The position numbers and the translations under genes are program-made. A model generated the notes under the pieces. That model was given only the letters and a program-made list of their open reading frames with translations, had not been told where the DNA came from and ran no database searches. 64,000 nucleotides of DNA from Schizochytrium sp. TIO01 (Eukaryota; Protista; Bigyra: Labyrinthulomycetes). Below are positions 26,363-37,652 of this stretch, piece by piece (position 1 is the first letter of the stretch; every line of letters begins with the position of its first letter). Location: contig SMSO01000034.1 in the NCBI GenBank assembly GCA_004764695.1, positions 2,356,001 to 2,420,000 on the forward strand, read 5' to 3'.

Positions 26363-29300
26363 TTCGTCTCCATGCGTCTCATCTTCATGTGGCTTCCCCT
26401 CGAGTTCGCAAAGGCCACGGCAACGCTCTGAGCAGCCAAGGATCTGAGGATCTGCCTCAGCTTGACTTCTTCAGGTTCTCCAGAAATCCCTCTTCCGCGG
26501 GCGAAGAGCGAGGATGCAAAAGCCAACCAATCCATCAATCAATCAATCCATCGATCAATCAATCAATCAATCCTCAAGGACTTGACGCAGGTGCAATTCC
26601 TCGAGTTTGTCTAGAACGCGCAGGCCATTCCGCGCAATTCAATTTAGTAACCCACTCTTCCTCACTCCCAGTGCAACCACAAATCAGCTCGTTTCTTTGA
26701 GGGTCTCTGACAATACGCCAAATTCATGGCAACTAGCCGCGAGGGTCGTGGCCAAGACATAAGTCAGACCTCGAGTTCTTCGTTGGACTTTGTAAATATA
26801 CCCAATCTCCTCCAAGTCTTCGGCTCATCTTTCCAAGATTTCATTTTTAAGATCATAACTTCTAATTTAATTTAATTTAATTTTTAATTTTTTTTTTAGT
26901 TTTTTACCTATTTAAAAAAATAAATAAAAAATCATTCATGGCCATCAGCACCGCTATGATAAAACCATAACTTCTAATGATGCATATGGTAAACAAGCAC
27001 TAAAGAAGTGCTCCATCACGTCCAATTGAAGGGCAAAGCTCACACTTGTTTTCTTTTCAATAAACACATGGCTGCTAGAAGCACCGAGGAACTGTGAGGA
27101 TTGCCAAGAGGAACGATTTCCGCTCTTCTCAAGTTTCCTCTAGCCCTGGCCTACCCCTTCTTACCGTTTACACTCTTCAGGGAACAAACAAACAATCAAA
27201 CAAACCACACCACAAAACCCAATAGAAACAAAACAGTCTTTTCGACTCACCAACAAAAACAAAAAAGCTTTTGCGCGATCCTCTATTTTCAGACGCTGCG
27301 CGTCTTTTATTCGCCTTTTCGGACACGCACCTGGGAATTCCATGTATCTTCCTTCTCCTTTGTGCGAAAGCCTGAAAAACCACCAGACCTGGCCTCATTC
27401 CCCTCGCGAGCTCTGGCCAAGGCGGCGTGACGGGACCGTGTTTCCGGAGCCTTAGAGATGGCCGCTGACGCTTTCTGAGCGAATTTCCACCGACGCGAGG
27501 ACTCAAAAGCTTGGAATATCTGCGGCGCTGCGCGTTGAGATTCCTGCACCTCAGGACCACACAACTGTAAAGTACCTCAAAGGCCGACACTGCTACCATA
27601 AACCCTAGTAGTAATAGCCCACTTCTTCCCCTCCTTCTTCTTCTTCATGAGCAGAACTATCGTCAATAGGCCATTTACTCGAGCCAGGCCGAGCGCTACT
27701 GGTGCGCTAGCAGGTCCTAGCGACGCTGGAACCGTGGATGAAATGCAGAACTTCGCCACGAAGCCGAGACAAAAGCTTGGCGCCAGGAGCATTGCGGCGA
27801 CGAAAAGTCGATGCAGCCGCGGCGAGGGCGAAGCTCAAAATACGGAGCTCCTGCTCGAAAAAAAACCACTCGCTGGGAGAAGGTTGCGGAGCAGATATTG
27901 GGCGGCGGAGATGCCGAATTTAGAGGTCCAAATGCGAGATCTTGATCGCGAATTTGAGGCACGAAATGCAGTACAGGCAGGAATTCGAGAGACATTCTGC
28001 TCCCACCAATTTGGGCTTTTTGCGAGCGAAGGATCGGGCTTGGAAAATTTGAGATAATCACGGGAGGAACCGGGGTCAGACGCGGTGCCGGCGAGGCCCA
28101 CGCGTGCCAGGCCGCCGGCTTCGTTCACATCGAGCGGCGAATTTGCCGCGTTCTCAAAGCTTGACCTGAGCCATCTTTCTCAACAGCCATTTTTCATGAT
28201 ACATGTACAGACATACATACAAAGAGAGGGAAGCAGACCAAATAATTTTCAATAGCAGTTCTCCCTCTTTCTCCTTTTAATCGAATTTATTTAAAACGTT
28301 TTCCTTTTCCTTAAAGTCACGGTAGTTTTTAGTGTTGAAATATTAAAAATTAAAATATAGAGGGCATTGATAAAATTCGAGCGATCCTTCAGCATCATTG
28401 ACAAATCTTAAATACCATAATCCAATGAAGATCCTCAGACTAATCAAATTGGTTTCAGTCCTTCAGTCCATACACGACCCTTTAGTTGAAGAGTATCAAC
28501 AGAGCAAGAACTGCCTACTGCTAACCAGCCCATACCAGCGCTTAGGTACCTTCCCAAGCTTTTCAAAGCCTACATTTCATCCGAAAATCCCAGAAAGTGA
28601 AAGAACAGCCTACCCAACCCGTAGTAAGCCCCTACGTATTCCTACTCCTCGCCGCCGAACTTTCTTACATTCGCACCGAGCGTCCCTCCTACCCTAAACT
28701 ATAGCACTTCCCCCGCCTGAAGCGGCGTCCGAAAATAATAAACGACGGCTCGCGCGGGGGCGATAAAATACATGAGAAAAGGCAGAATAAAATACAGAAT
28801 AAAATACCTGTTCCTGCCCCCTAGCAGTTGGTATCCCACGTTAGTTCTTTCTTTCTGTTCGACCTCATTTACTTCGCTCGCTTTTCTTCGGAGAGAGTGA
28901 GAGAGAGTGCGAGAAAGAAAGTCCATTCGGGCGCTCTCCCTCTTACGGGTCCAGCTCCAGAGAGAGCGGAAAAGTCCTTTGCAGAGGGAGCGGAGAGCTT
29001 AAATGAGTACGTGCGAAGGAATGTGAACGAATGTGTGAAAGAAAGAAGAAAAGCAAAGAACCGCCGCTGATCAGTGAGAGATCGATCCGCCAGGGATCGC
29101 GCCAGGCGGAGGACTGCGCAACCCGCGCTTTAGGCGGCGCGCACACCCCACGCACCCGCGGGGACCCCTCGGGGACCCCTTCAACGCGCGTCTCTTTCGG
29201 AACGTGTTTGGACCGACACGCGGATCCTCTGTGCTTCGCCTGGTGTTCCGAAGAACTTTCCCGCAAGCGCGCTCGACTGCACCGCCCGACACCATGTTCC

Positions 29301-30214
29301 CGTCCCCTCCTACCTGAGCGTTCCCAGTGTGGCCTTCAGTCTGCGTAGCTTCGGAAGTTTTGTGAGGGCCTCCGGCGTCCAATGCGGTGGCTCTGAGGGG
29401 CACTGCGCCGGAACTTCCTGCAACTTTGCATAAAAAAACCTTGGAGGGGGGTATCATTCGCCAGTGGAGAAGTGTGATTATTGTTTCAGGTAGAGCTGAG
29501 TTATCAGGCCGGAGGTCAGCGAGCTGTGAGCAGAATACAGCGGCAGAGTGTGAGCGGCGTCAAGGAGGCGCTAGGAGGAGGCACTGTGGAAAGGCAGTGA
29601 GGCGCCTCACGCTACCACTGGAAGATTTTCCGGGACAGCCTGCGGCCGCTCGACCATCGCTTTGTCTTTCTCGTCTGCGTAGACTACCTGAGTAGAGACC
29701 GCTTTGGATGGTTTGATTTGTCGTTCGATTGATCGATTGCTGCGAAGAGAGTGTTTGCCAAAGGAAGGAAGTCTTCGAAAGGAAGGAGGCGGGAAAGAGG
29801 CCAAAGCTTCGTTCTCAAAGCCTTTTCTTTCGCATCGAAGAAGATCGATCGAATCACTCTGATTGATTGGAGGATTTTCAGTTTTTTTTTTTTGCTTTTT
29901 TTTGCTTTTTTTTGTTTTTTTTTCTCTTTTCTTTCTTCTTTTCTTTTTTCCTTTCCTTTTTCTCCCTCTCTCTCTGATAAGGAGAGACCTTCTTTCCCTC
30001 CTTTCTTCCTGCTTTTCTTTGGCTGTTCCGCTTTCCTTCCTTTGGCGTGTTTGAAATCGCGGAGGCAAAGGCAGCAGACTTGGATTGGAGAAGAAGAGCT
30101 CGAGCGAGGTCATCGCCGTGGAGGTCGCCGTCTTCTTCGCCGGGCATCGCTCATAGCACATACGTATCGCGGGGACTTGCTTGCTCGGGTTTCTTTCTCT
30201 CTTTGGTTGTTGAG

Positions 30215-30876
30215 GTAGGTTCGCTTCGCTCTCGTTCATTCGTGGTGGTCCGATCTGGCTGCGCTACCTTTCTTTCTTTCTTTCTTTCGTCTCTCTCCCC
30301 TTTGTTTGCATGGCGTGGCGTCGCAACGAGCCGAGCAGACAGACTCCCACGCCGGGGCATGGCGCGTGTTGCTGCTGCTCGCGGTCTGGGCCCTGCTTGC
30401 TGCTGCCAGGCGAGGCGCTGGAAAGGCGACCTGAGAGGATTATGTTGGTTGAAGTCGGCTAGTGAAAGAAGACGGGATGACTAATGGTTGTGAATTGTAT
30501 CGTTGTCGTTGATGTGTGTGACGCTGGACCGTGGACGCCTCTTTGCTTCGATGGATGGTGATGTCCACAGAATCTCGTTGGGTGTCGAGAAACTTCATCC
30601 CTTTAGAACTGGACAGGTTCAACCGGAATTTAAGTTTAACGAAGAGTAAGGGTAGAAAAGAATGATTGTTGATATTGCCATTCGCGTTGCCGTTCGCAAC
30701 TAAATCGTGTGCCATTTATCCGTGTATCTACCCCCCCCCCGTAAATCGATCCCCTAAGATTCTCCTCTAAATTGACGAGCTTCCCACCCCGCCCGTGTAA
30801 CCTCATCGCACTAGAATAAAAACCTTTCTGTTGTGCTAACCAACCCCTTTTTCACATCTTACCTAATTCATCCCAG
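30215..30876 (+). other. Putative 5'-UTR intron of the 30883 gene
   Basis: Candidate donor G|GTAGGT at 30215, branch point TGCTAAC at 30834-30840, pyrimidine tract, and CAG acceptor ending at 30876, 6 nt before the ATG. The acceptor is better supported than the donor. Confidence 0.5.
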
Positions 30877-30882
30877 CCAAAA

Positions 30883-32277
30883 ATGTTCAGCCGTAACTTT
30901 GACTCGGATGATGATGACAAGAAGCAAGATAACCTCCCGCGCTCCCAGCGCGAGGAGGAGGATGATAACGATGATGGCATGTCCAATGAGCTCTACAACC
31001 TGCTTGATGTTGATTGCATGAGCAGCTCTGCTAGCCTCGCTGCTGGCCTCTCCCTCTCCAACCTTTCCCTCGAGGGCCAGCCGGACATGTCCTTTCGTAA
31101 TGGAAGTGACCTCTTAAACCAGACCGAGTCAGTCGTCTACAACGACGTCTACCGCTCGCTCAGTGTTATGAATGAGGCCACTCAATTTAACATGGCTGCT
31201 GTTGGCGCTGATTATCTGGACCGTCCTAATGAGGTCCAGTCTTTTCTCCCGCCCACTGCTGTTAAAGAGCCCGAACCTCGCGCATTCGGACGCATCCCTC
31301 TCATGCACTCACACCTCTTCGTGCACAAATCATGGCCTGCTCTCCAGGACATGGTTTCTACACACTTAAAAATCAAGGAGGTTGATGCCGAGTATACGGA
31401 GTCCGTTTGCGAGTGGCGTGGTGTCGTGTACCCTCGTGCTCCTAACCAAGCCATGCAATTTGTGATTCACGCTAATGCCTGCCCTGATATCGGTGCCAGT
31501 AGGTATCTTCTCGAGTTTATTCGTCTTAATGGATGTGCTGTCGCATTCTATGAGCTCTTTACGGAGATTCAGCGCTACCTCATGGACTCTGGAATTGTGA
31601 CGCGCTCTGATGGAGACTCCCTCTCCCAGCAATCGGCGCTTAACCCTATGGCGGCGACGATGGGACGTCCCGCTGGCCCAGCATTTACCCTCACTCGCAG
31701 CTCTTCTATCTCTTCCTCTCCTCTCGCCCTCGATGCTTTCGATGATGAGGACGACGAAGAGGACTTGGACCCGATTGAGGTGAAGGATGAGGACCTGTAC
31801 AGGCCTATTGTCGAGATGAGCCGTGTTCCTTTTGTCGACGTGCACGTTCAAGGTCTTGCCTTGGTCGCCAGCGAAGCTCAAAAGGACGCTGCCCGTTTTG
31901 CCAAGGCCGCGCCCAGCATTGTTGAGCTTCTTGTTGAAAGACTCAGCTCTTCTACACATGCTGAGGTACAGCGCCTCTGCTGCGCTGCCCTCGCTGCTTT
32001 TGCTTCCGCAAAAGACTGTGTGAAGGACTTCCTGACTGCCCGCGCTCCCGAGGCTCTTGCTCGGGTCGCAGCTGTTGATTTCAGTGTCAAGGGTGCAGAG
32101 GCTCAGCGCCAAGCTGTTGCTGCCCTTGCTGCCCTTGCTGCTCATGTCGAGGCTCAGGAGCCAATTCTCCTCGCTGTTGCCGGCTACGAGCAGGCATTTA
32201 ATCAACTTGAGAAATGCAACGATCGCCGTCTGGTCTCGTGCATTGGACAAGTACGCCAGGCTCTTTCCCTGGCTTGA
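30883..32277 (+). CDS. 464 aa protein: acidic low-complexity N-terminus, KA1-like domain, C-terminal ARM/HEAT-like repeats; no kinase domain
   Basis: Long ORF with strong codon bias. RYLLEFIRLNGCAVAFYELFTEI resembles the KA1 C-terminal strand-helix. IVELLVERLSS..AEVQRLCCAALAAFA and EAQRQAVAALAALA are ARM-like. Confidence 0.85.
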   Translation: MFSRNFDSDDDDKKQDNLPRSQREEEDDNDDGMSNELYNLLDVDCMSSSASLAAGLSLSNLSLEGQPDMSFRNGSDLLNQTESVVYNDVYRSLSVMNEATQFNMAAVGADYLDRPNEVQSFLPPTAVKEPEPRAFGRIPLMHSHLFVHKSWPALQDMVSTHLKIKEVDAEYTESVCEWRGVVYPRAPNQAMQFVIHANACPDIGASRYLLEFIRLNGCAVAFYELFTEIQRYLMDSGIVTRSDGDSLSQQSALNPMAATMGRPAGPAFTLTRSSSISSSPLALDAFDDEDDEEDLDPIEVKDEDLYRPIVEMSRVPFVDVHVQGLALVASEAQKDAARFAKAAPSIVELLVERLSSSTHAEVQRLCCAALAAFASAKDCVKDFLTARAPEALARVAAVDFSVKGAEAQRQAVAALAALAAHVEAQEPILLAVAGYEQAFNQLEKCNDRRLVSCIGQVRQALSLA

Positions 32278-34431
32278 AAATTCTATACCATTCTATACTC
32301 GATACTCTTTCCTACAAAAACCCTGTGATGATTTGACCTAAAACACATTATAAAAGCTAAAAAGTTGAAAAACATGAACATTTTTTTTGCATTCAATTCG
32401 TTGTCTCGCATTCTGATTATGTCCATGTTTGTTCAACACTATGCACATTTAGCTGTAATGATCCTCTGTGCAAGTGATGATTCGCAACCTCCACGATTAT
32501 ATAGCATACGAGAAGAGCAGCGCAACAAGCAATAACAATAACAAGTACAGGGGCAACATTTTATCCTTCACGATCCCATATTTTCTAGGTTTTAGAGCTT
32601 TTTTCAACTTTTACACTTCATCAACCAACAAAACTACTCCTTCCTAGTGTGTTTTTATTTCCCAGACGGATTGTTCATTGGTCGTAATCAACTTGCTTTA
32701 TCATCACTTTCAGACGTGCATGGTCAGATCGCCAGGAGCATTACGAATGATTTATTTGCATTGTCCTCTTGGACTCAATATGGTTTCTGGTTTGTTTTTT
32801 CTAACTGCAAGAAGAGAATCCTGTTTTAATGAGTGTCTGAAGCTTGCCATCGAAGCTAGCTAGGATAGGATAGCATGGTCTATCCAGGAGGTTGCTTCTT
32901 CCGTTGAAGTCTACATATGTGAAGGGGAATGTACAATTTATAGCGTATATCCTGCTCTTAGTACAGAAACTAGTATTACTTCTTATTGTGGTCTGATCAG
33001 AAGAAAAGAGCGCAATATCTCTCTTGCTTTTGGCATTTCCATTTAAAGTCTCCCTCGCCAGGAGAAATGAAAGATACATTTCAGGATTAGTGCAATCTCT
33101 ATTTTTGTGTGTCCTTGTTAATCACGTTATCTCATTCATCAACTCGCATAGCAAAAAATGTTTTTCATCAAATCATTTGCAGGGAAACACCCACATTTAA
33201 GGTTTCATTCTTAGGTCTTCAAACAAGTATTACCTAGTATTGAAGCAATATAGCTAATCTGCGATACCTAGGTAGTCAAGTTTTTGGCTCTAAAACCAAA
33301 TAATAAACTGATCACCAGAAACGAAAGACTCGGTTCAAAGAATTATAGATAGTTGTAGTACAACGTTACTTCTTCATTCCGGTGCTTTAAATTGTTAGAG
33401 AAGGGTTTTATACTTTCAGCTGTCATGCTTTAAAGATGGCATTCGGTTTTCAGAAATATGGTTATGGCTCTGTACAGAGTAGAGCAAAACCATATAATAT
33501 GCTGAAGAGAACATGTACATTTAAATGCAAATAATGAGATCATATACATTGGTATAACCCTTTTTATAGACTTTTAAGGTTGAACTTACTTCTTCTGTAC
33601 TGAAACAAATATTTCAAGGGAACACATTTGTGGTTTTGTGTCAATGCCCTTCGGATATTGAATTGCTCTACTTATAAACAAATGATCCTTGAGCAGGGAC
33701 GCTTTGTTCATAACTAAAACAGAAAACACTATCGTTTTTTTTGTTTTTGTTTTTTTCCAAACCTTTGGAGCAGAATCTACTAACGCCAGTTGCCATAGAA
33801 GAAGAGAATACGTGCAGTGCGAATCAGCGAAGCAGATTCGAGCGCAAGTCACACCACCTTCTTCTCTACACCAATTCATACTCAAAAAGTTCTCTAAATT
33901 GTTGAACGCTTGTGAAGTATCCTTTTTCAATAGCGCCTTTTTTTTTCTTCCTCTTAGCAGGACTGAAAAGTTATGTCATCAGTTTCTGGACAAAATAGGC
34001 CTTTATCATTTTACAGTTCTTTAGTTTGGGAGCACATATGTTTATCGGGAGCAGGGCTTAGCAGAATCATTTTTGCTACTTGAATTTTAATACATCACCT
34101 AAGCAAAAATGTTATACCGCTATTACCTATTAGCTTTGTGTGCAATTCTTTTTCTAGTATTCAAATTGTATCAAAGTGACAAGGCATGGAATATGAAGTA
34201 AACATATGCAACCGTACATTATGGTGTAGGTATCTCTGGTACCAAGTTATTTTTTTTTTTTTTTTACAAGGTTTAAATTGCGTACTCCTCTTCTTAAGTA
34301 AAAGTGGAATTAAAATCGAGGCGCCTCCACTTCAATTTTTGGGCAAGGACAGTTCCAGCAAACCCCAAACTCGGGAGGTCAAACATAAGCGAAGACAAAC
34401 TGGAGAGACTCTGTTCGAAGTACAAGTAGCA

Positions 34432-34998
34432 ATGGGGAACTTCTTTGCACACAATGAGGTAGAGTACATCCACAATACGGATGCCAGAATGACATGGTTT
34501 GCAGCCCTGGAATACTGTCAACGTGAACATGGAGCAAGCCTTGCTACAATTCATTCTCAGGCTGAACAAGAGCGCATTGTTCAAGAGTTTTGCAGAGATG
34601 GCCGAGACTGCTGGCTGGGGATGGTGCCAATCATCAATATTTACGACACGAGCGGCTGGATTTGGCTCGATGGAACTCGTGTCGATTTCAATGGCTTTGC
34701 TGCTGGGGAGCCAAGTGGCAACTTTGACATGAACCCTGGTGCAACATGCGTGTATACATGGACGTATTTTGGCAATGCCTGGGACGACACCACGTGTTTC
34801 TATGAGGCAATGCCGCTATGTGAAATACGCTATAACAACAACTCCTTTGGTGTCAAAATTGCATTTATCATATTTCTTGTCTTTACAATCTGTACACTAT
34901 GCTGTCTCATCTTAAGTTGCTGTTCATCATCAGAGAAGAACGAGGGCGACTCCTCATCCGACATTGAAAATCGCTACAAGAACACGTCAGTAACCTAG
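34432..34998 (+). CDS. Membrane-anchored C-type lectin domain protein (188 aa from ATG 34432)
   Basis: MTWFAALEYC...GASLATIHSQAEQ, CWLG, WIWLDGT, GEPSG, C, WDDTTC, PLCE form the CTLD consensus, followed by a TM helix and a CC cluster. The track ORF start at 34186 runs through poly-T and looks non-coding. Confidence 0.85.
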   Translation: MGNFFAHNEVEYIHNTDARMTWFAALEYCQREHGASLATIHSQAEQERIVQEFCRDGRDCWLGMVPIINIYDTSGWIWLDGTRVDFNGFAAGEPSGNFDMNPGATCVYTWTYFGNAWDDTTCFYEAMPLCEIRYNNNSFGVKIAFIIFLVFTICTLCCLILSCCSSSEKNEGDSSSDIENRYKNTSVT

Positions 34999-36023
34999 CT
35001 AGAGCAAATAAATGCAAGAGAATGCAGCCAGGCGTACTCAGTACAAGGGAATAGGGATGAAAAGGGATGAAAAGAAGAAGATACAAGAGTATGCTCTATA
35101 TAAAAATACTGTTTCAAAATTCGCTCACTTATCTAAATGCCAAAATTGTTTACGTTCTCCAAACATTACTGTCCTTGAGATGACATGCAGATGTTCAGAA
35201 GAAACCTCTTCAGCATGCAACTTTCTTCCTGTCATTAGTATCTAGTTCTTGGTACTACCTATTCCCTTATGCAAAGACAGATAAAAAAAGTAAAGGAAAT
35301 ACTTCAATGTTTAACTTCCAAGATTGTGAATCAGTCAGGATTGCCAAAGTAGGTAGACTGCTCTAAGCACCATGATGCAGAGGTTCTTAAGGAATGTTCT
35401 TCGTCTCTGCACTCTACCGCGGAGGCGAACATACGTGGCTCAGTTCGACCACCTTCCTCGATTCCCTAGAGCTTGCTCCTTGTATGCACAAATACAGGTG
35501 CATATGCCTCTGCCAATCTACCAAGGTAGCACATGTCAAGGTGTCCAGTTGCAAAGTTTCAGTCAGGGGTGATTGCACACCTACAAATGAACAAACTCTT
35601 AAGGTACTTTCTTTCTTCTAGTGAAAAAATACAAAGGACCTGCTCAGTTACAAAATGATCTTTCCCTGCGTCAACGAATGGGCTGGCACGTTTGTTCTTA
35701 TTCGAACTTGACACTACTAGTACCTTTCTGATGCGAAAGTAGTATCAGTGTTGAGCAATCGATCTTTTAGCTCATGAAGGGAGTTGGTATTGAATTCGTA
35801 GATCCAACACTATAATAAGACACTGATGAGGGAAGGTAGCTGTGCCACCTTCAACGTAGGTGTCATAACTGAAAGTAACTTTTACATGATTAAATCAAAA
35901 CATAGAATTTTTTAAAACAAACCTGAAAAAACTGAGAGCAAATCTCAGACTATTGAGATTTCTTACAGTGATCCTTGAAAAGTCAAGGTACTAGCCGCAG
36001 TATGCCAGGGGTTGGCTTAGTGT

Positions 36024-37652
36024 TTATTCCTTAGTTTTGGCTTCGAAGCTGGTGAAAATCGGAAAGAACATGCCCAATGTCATAGGAGCATCAAACATAA
36101 AGGCTGCTTGTAAAATGTATAGCTGGCTAAAAACCTGATCATGGAAAAACTTGTAGACCGATGGCGTAAGTACATCATGAAAGAATCTGGCGGGGCGAAG
36201 TATGGAGCTTATGGTTGAAGCAGGTAGTGATCCCAGTGAAGCGCAAGAGACTATGGTATTGTCCAGAATCATCTTGCAGCTAGGTGTCAAAGGCAAATAT
36301 ACTTCCCGACTTTCTGTTTCGTCTTTTGATGCGACAACGGAGATTTCGCCTTTAGTATTAAACAGGAAATCCCCGACAACAACGTCTGAGGCTGGAATGG
36401 TTCCTTTGTTTTTGGTAAGAATAAGATGGTCTGGAGTAATTGAAACCACTGACATATCAGAAGTGGTAAGCTGCACTAGTCTGAAAACTCTTTGCTTCTG
36501 AGTTTTTGTGACAGGAGGTAAAGCAAGAACAGGCTCAAAGTCAAATGCTGATGTGCGAATCGAATCTCCTACTGAAAGATCTTTGACATACTTGTATTCC
36601 CCAGAAGCAAGCTCCACCCGGTTGAGTCCTCCAAGACAACCCGAGGACGATTTGGTGACAGCTGTTTCATACCCGCCTGCATCAGAAGAGCCAGGAGACG
36701 ATGTTGGTGAGAATGTTGGTCTAAGCGTTGGTGAGGGTGTTGGTTCAAACGTTGGTGAGGCTGTAGGAGGATCTTGAATTTGTAAAGATTCAAGACCGGA
36801 TACATTTACACCATAACAATGGTTTGACTCAGTTTGAAATGCAGAACCATCACCCCGAATGGTCATTGTACATCCAAATTTCCCACCAGATCCCTTCATT
36901 TGAACAAAAACATCAACGGCTGCAATAGGCCAGTAAACGGTTCCCTCATTTCTAGGTGTCCCTAATTGCCACGAAACTACCTTTGTCCAACAATTAAACA
37001 AACCAGTTTCATCTTTCTTAATGTTGAGATCAATGCCTGCCATCAACGCTCCTTGTGCGCCATTGATCTGACCTCCATAACTCCAAACGACATCATAGCG
37101 AAGATCTGCGCACTGAGACCCCCAAAATTTAGCCTTGAGGGAAGCTGCCCTGATAATCCTCTTCGTAGATGTGAATCCAGAAAGCTGGTTCCAACTAACG
37201 TCAGCAGGGTACGTCTCTCCATCGATTCCGAGGTAGCCTGAATAGCCGCCTCCTAGACCAATATCTTCCCCACATAGGTCGCCTAAAAGGCTCCCTCCGA
37301 TTTTACAAGCAATCTTGATCATTCCACCAATAGCGAGCCAAGAAAGTCGGGGCTTAACACCCACTGGCGAGGACCTACTAACCACTTGCTTCGGGTGGTA
37401 TGCAGGACCGCTATCGATTTCAATCTTCTCATCTGGCTCATCTAGGATAAGGGTTGTATTAAAGGCCCTTACAAGCCGCGGGTACGTATAGTTTGTTCCA
37501 TTAAGCTCAGCCGGAAGCGTGTAGTTATAGTACTCCTCGAAATCTTATTGAGAGTGTGACAACGCATATTCGAGAAACTCATTATAATCTTCTTCTACTC
37601 CAAAGCTAAAATGAAGAGCAAGGAGTAGGAGAAATGCTGATATGATACGCAT
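36024..37652 (-). CDS. Secreted Hog (Hint + SRR-like) autoprocessing protein with unknown N-terminal cargo; in-frame TAA at codon 36 (possible pseudogene or base error)
   Basis: ATG 37652 MRIISAFLLLLALHFSFG signal peptide is in frame with track ORF 37385-36024, interrupted by TAA at 37547-37545. PT.SPT linker. Hint motifs: SG|CLGG (Cys at 36638), VKDLSVGD, ITPDHLI, ASDVVVGDFL, VYLPLT, IVSC. SRR-like ILRPARFF tail. Confidence 0.85.

Noticed and set aside
29607-30484. Lys/Phe-rich ORFs (similar ones at 259-634)
   Set aside because: Produced by poly-pyrimidine/poly-purine tracts, not protein-like
31366-32250. 294 aa minus-strand ORF
   Set aside because: Antisense shadow of the codon-biased 30883 gene
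37545-37547. Stop-codon reassignment
   Set aside because: No internal stops in the long UTP20 and NRPS-like frames, and TAA ends several genes
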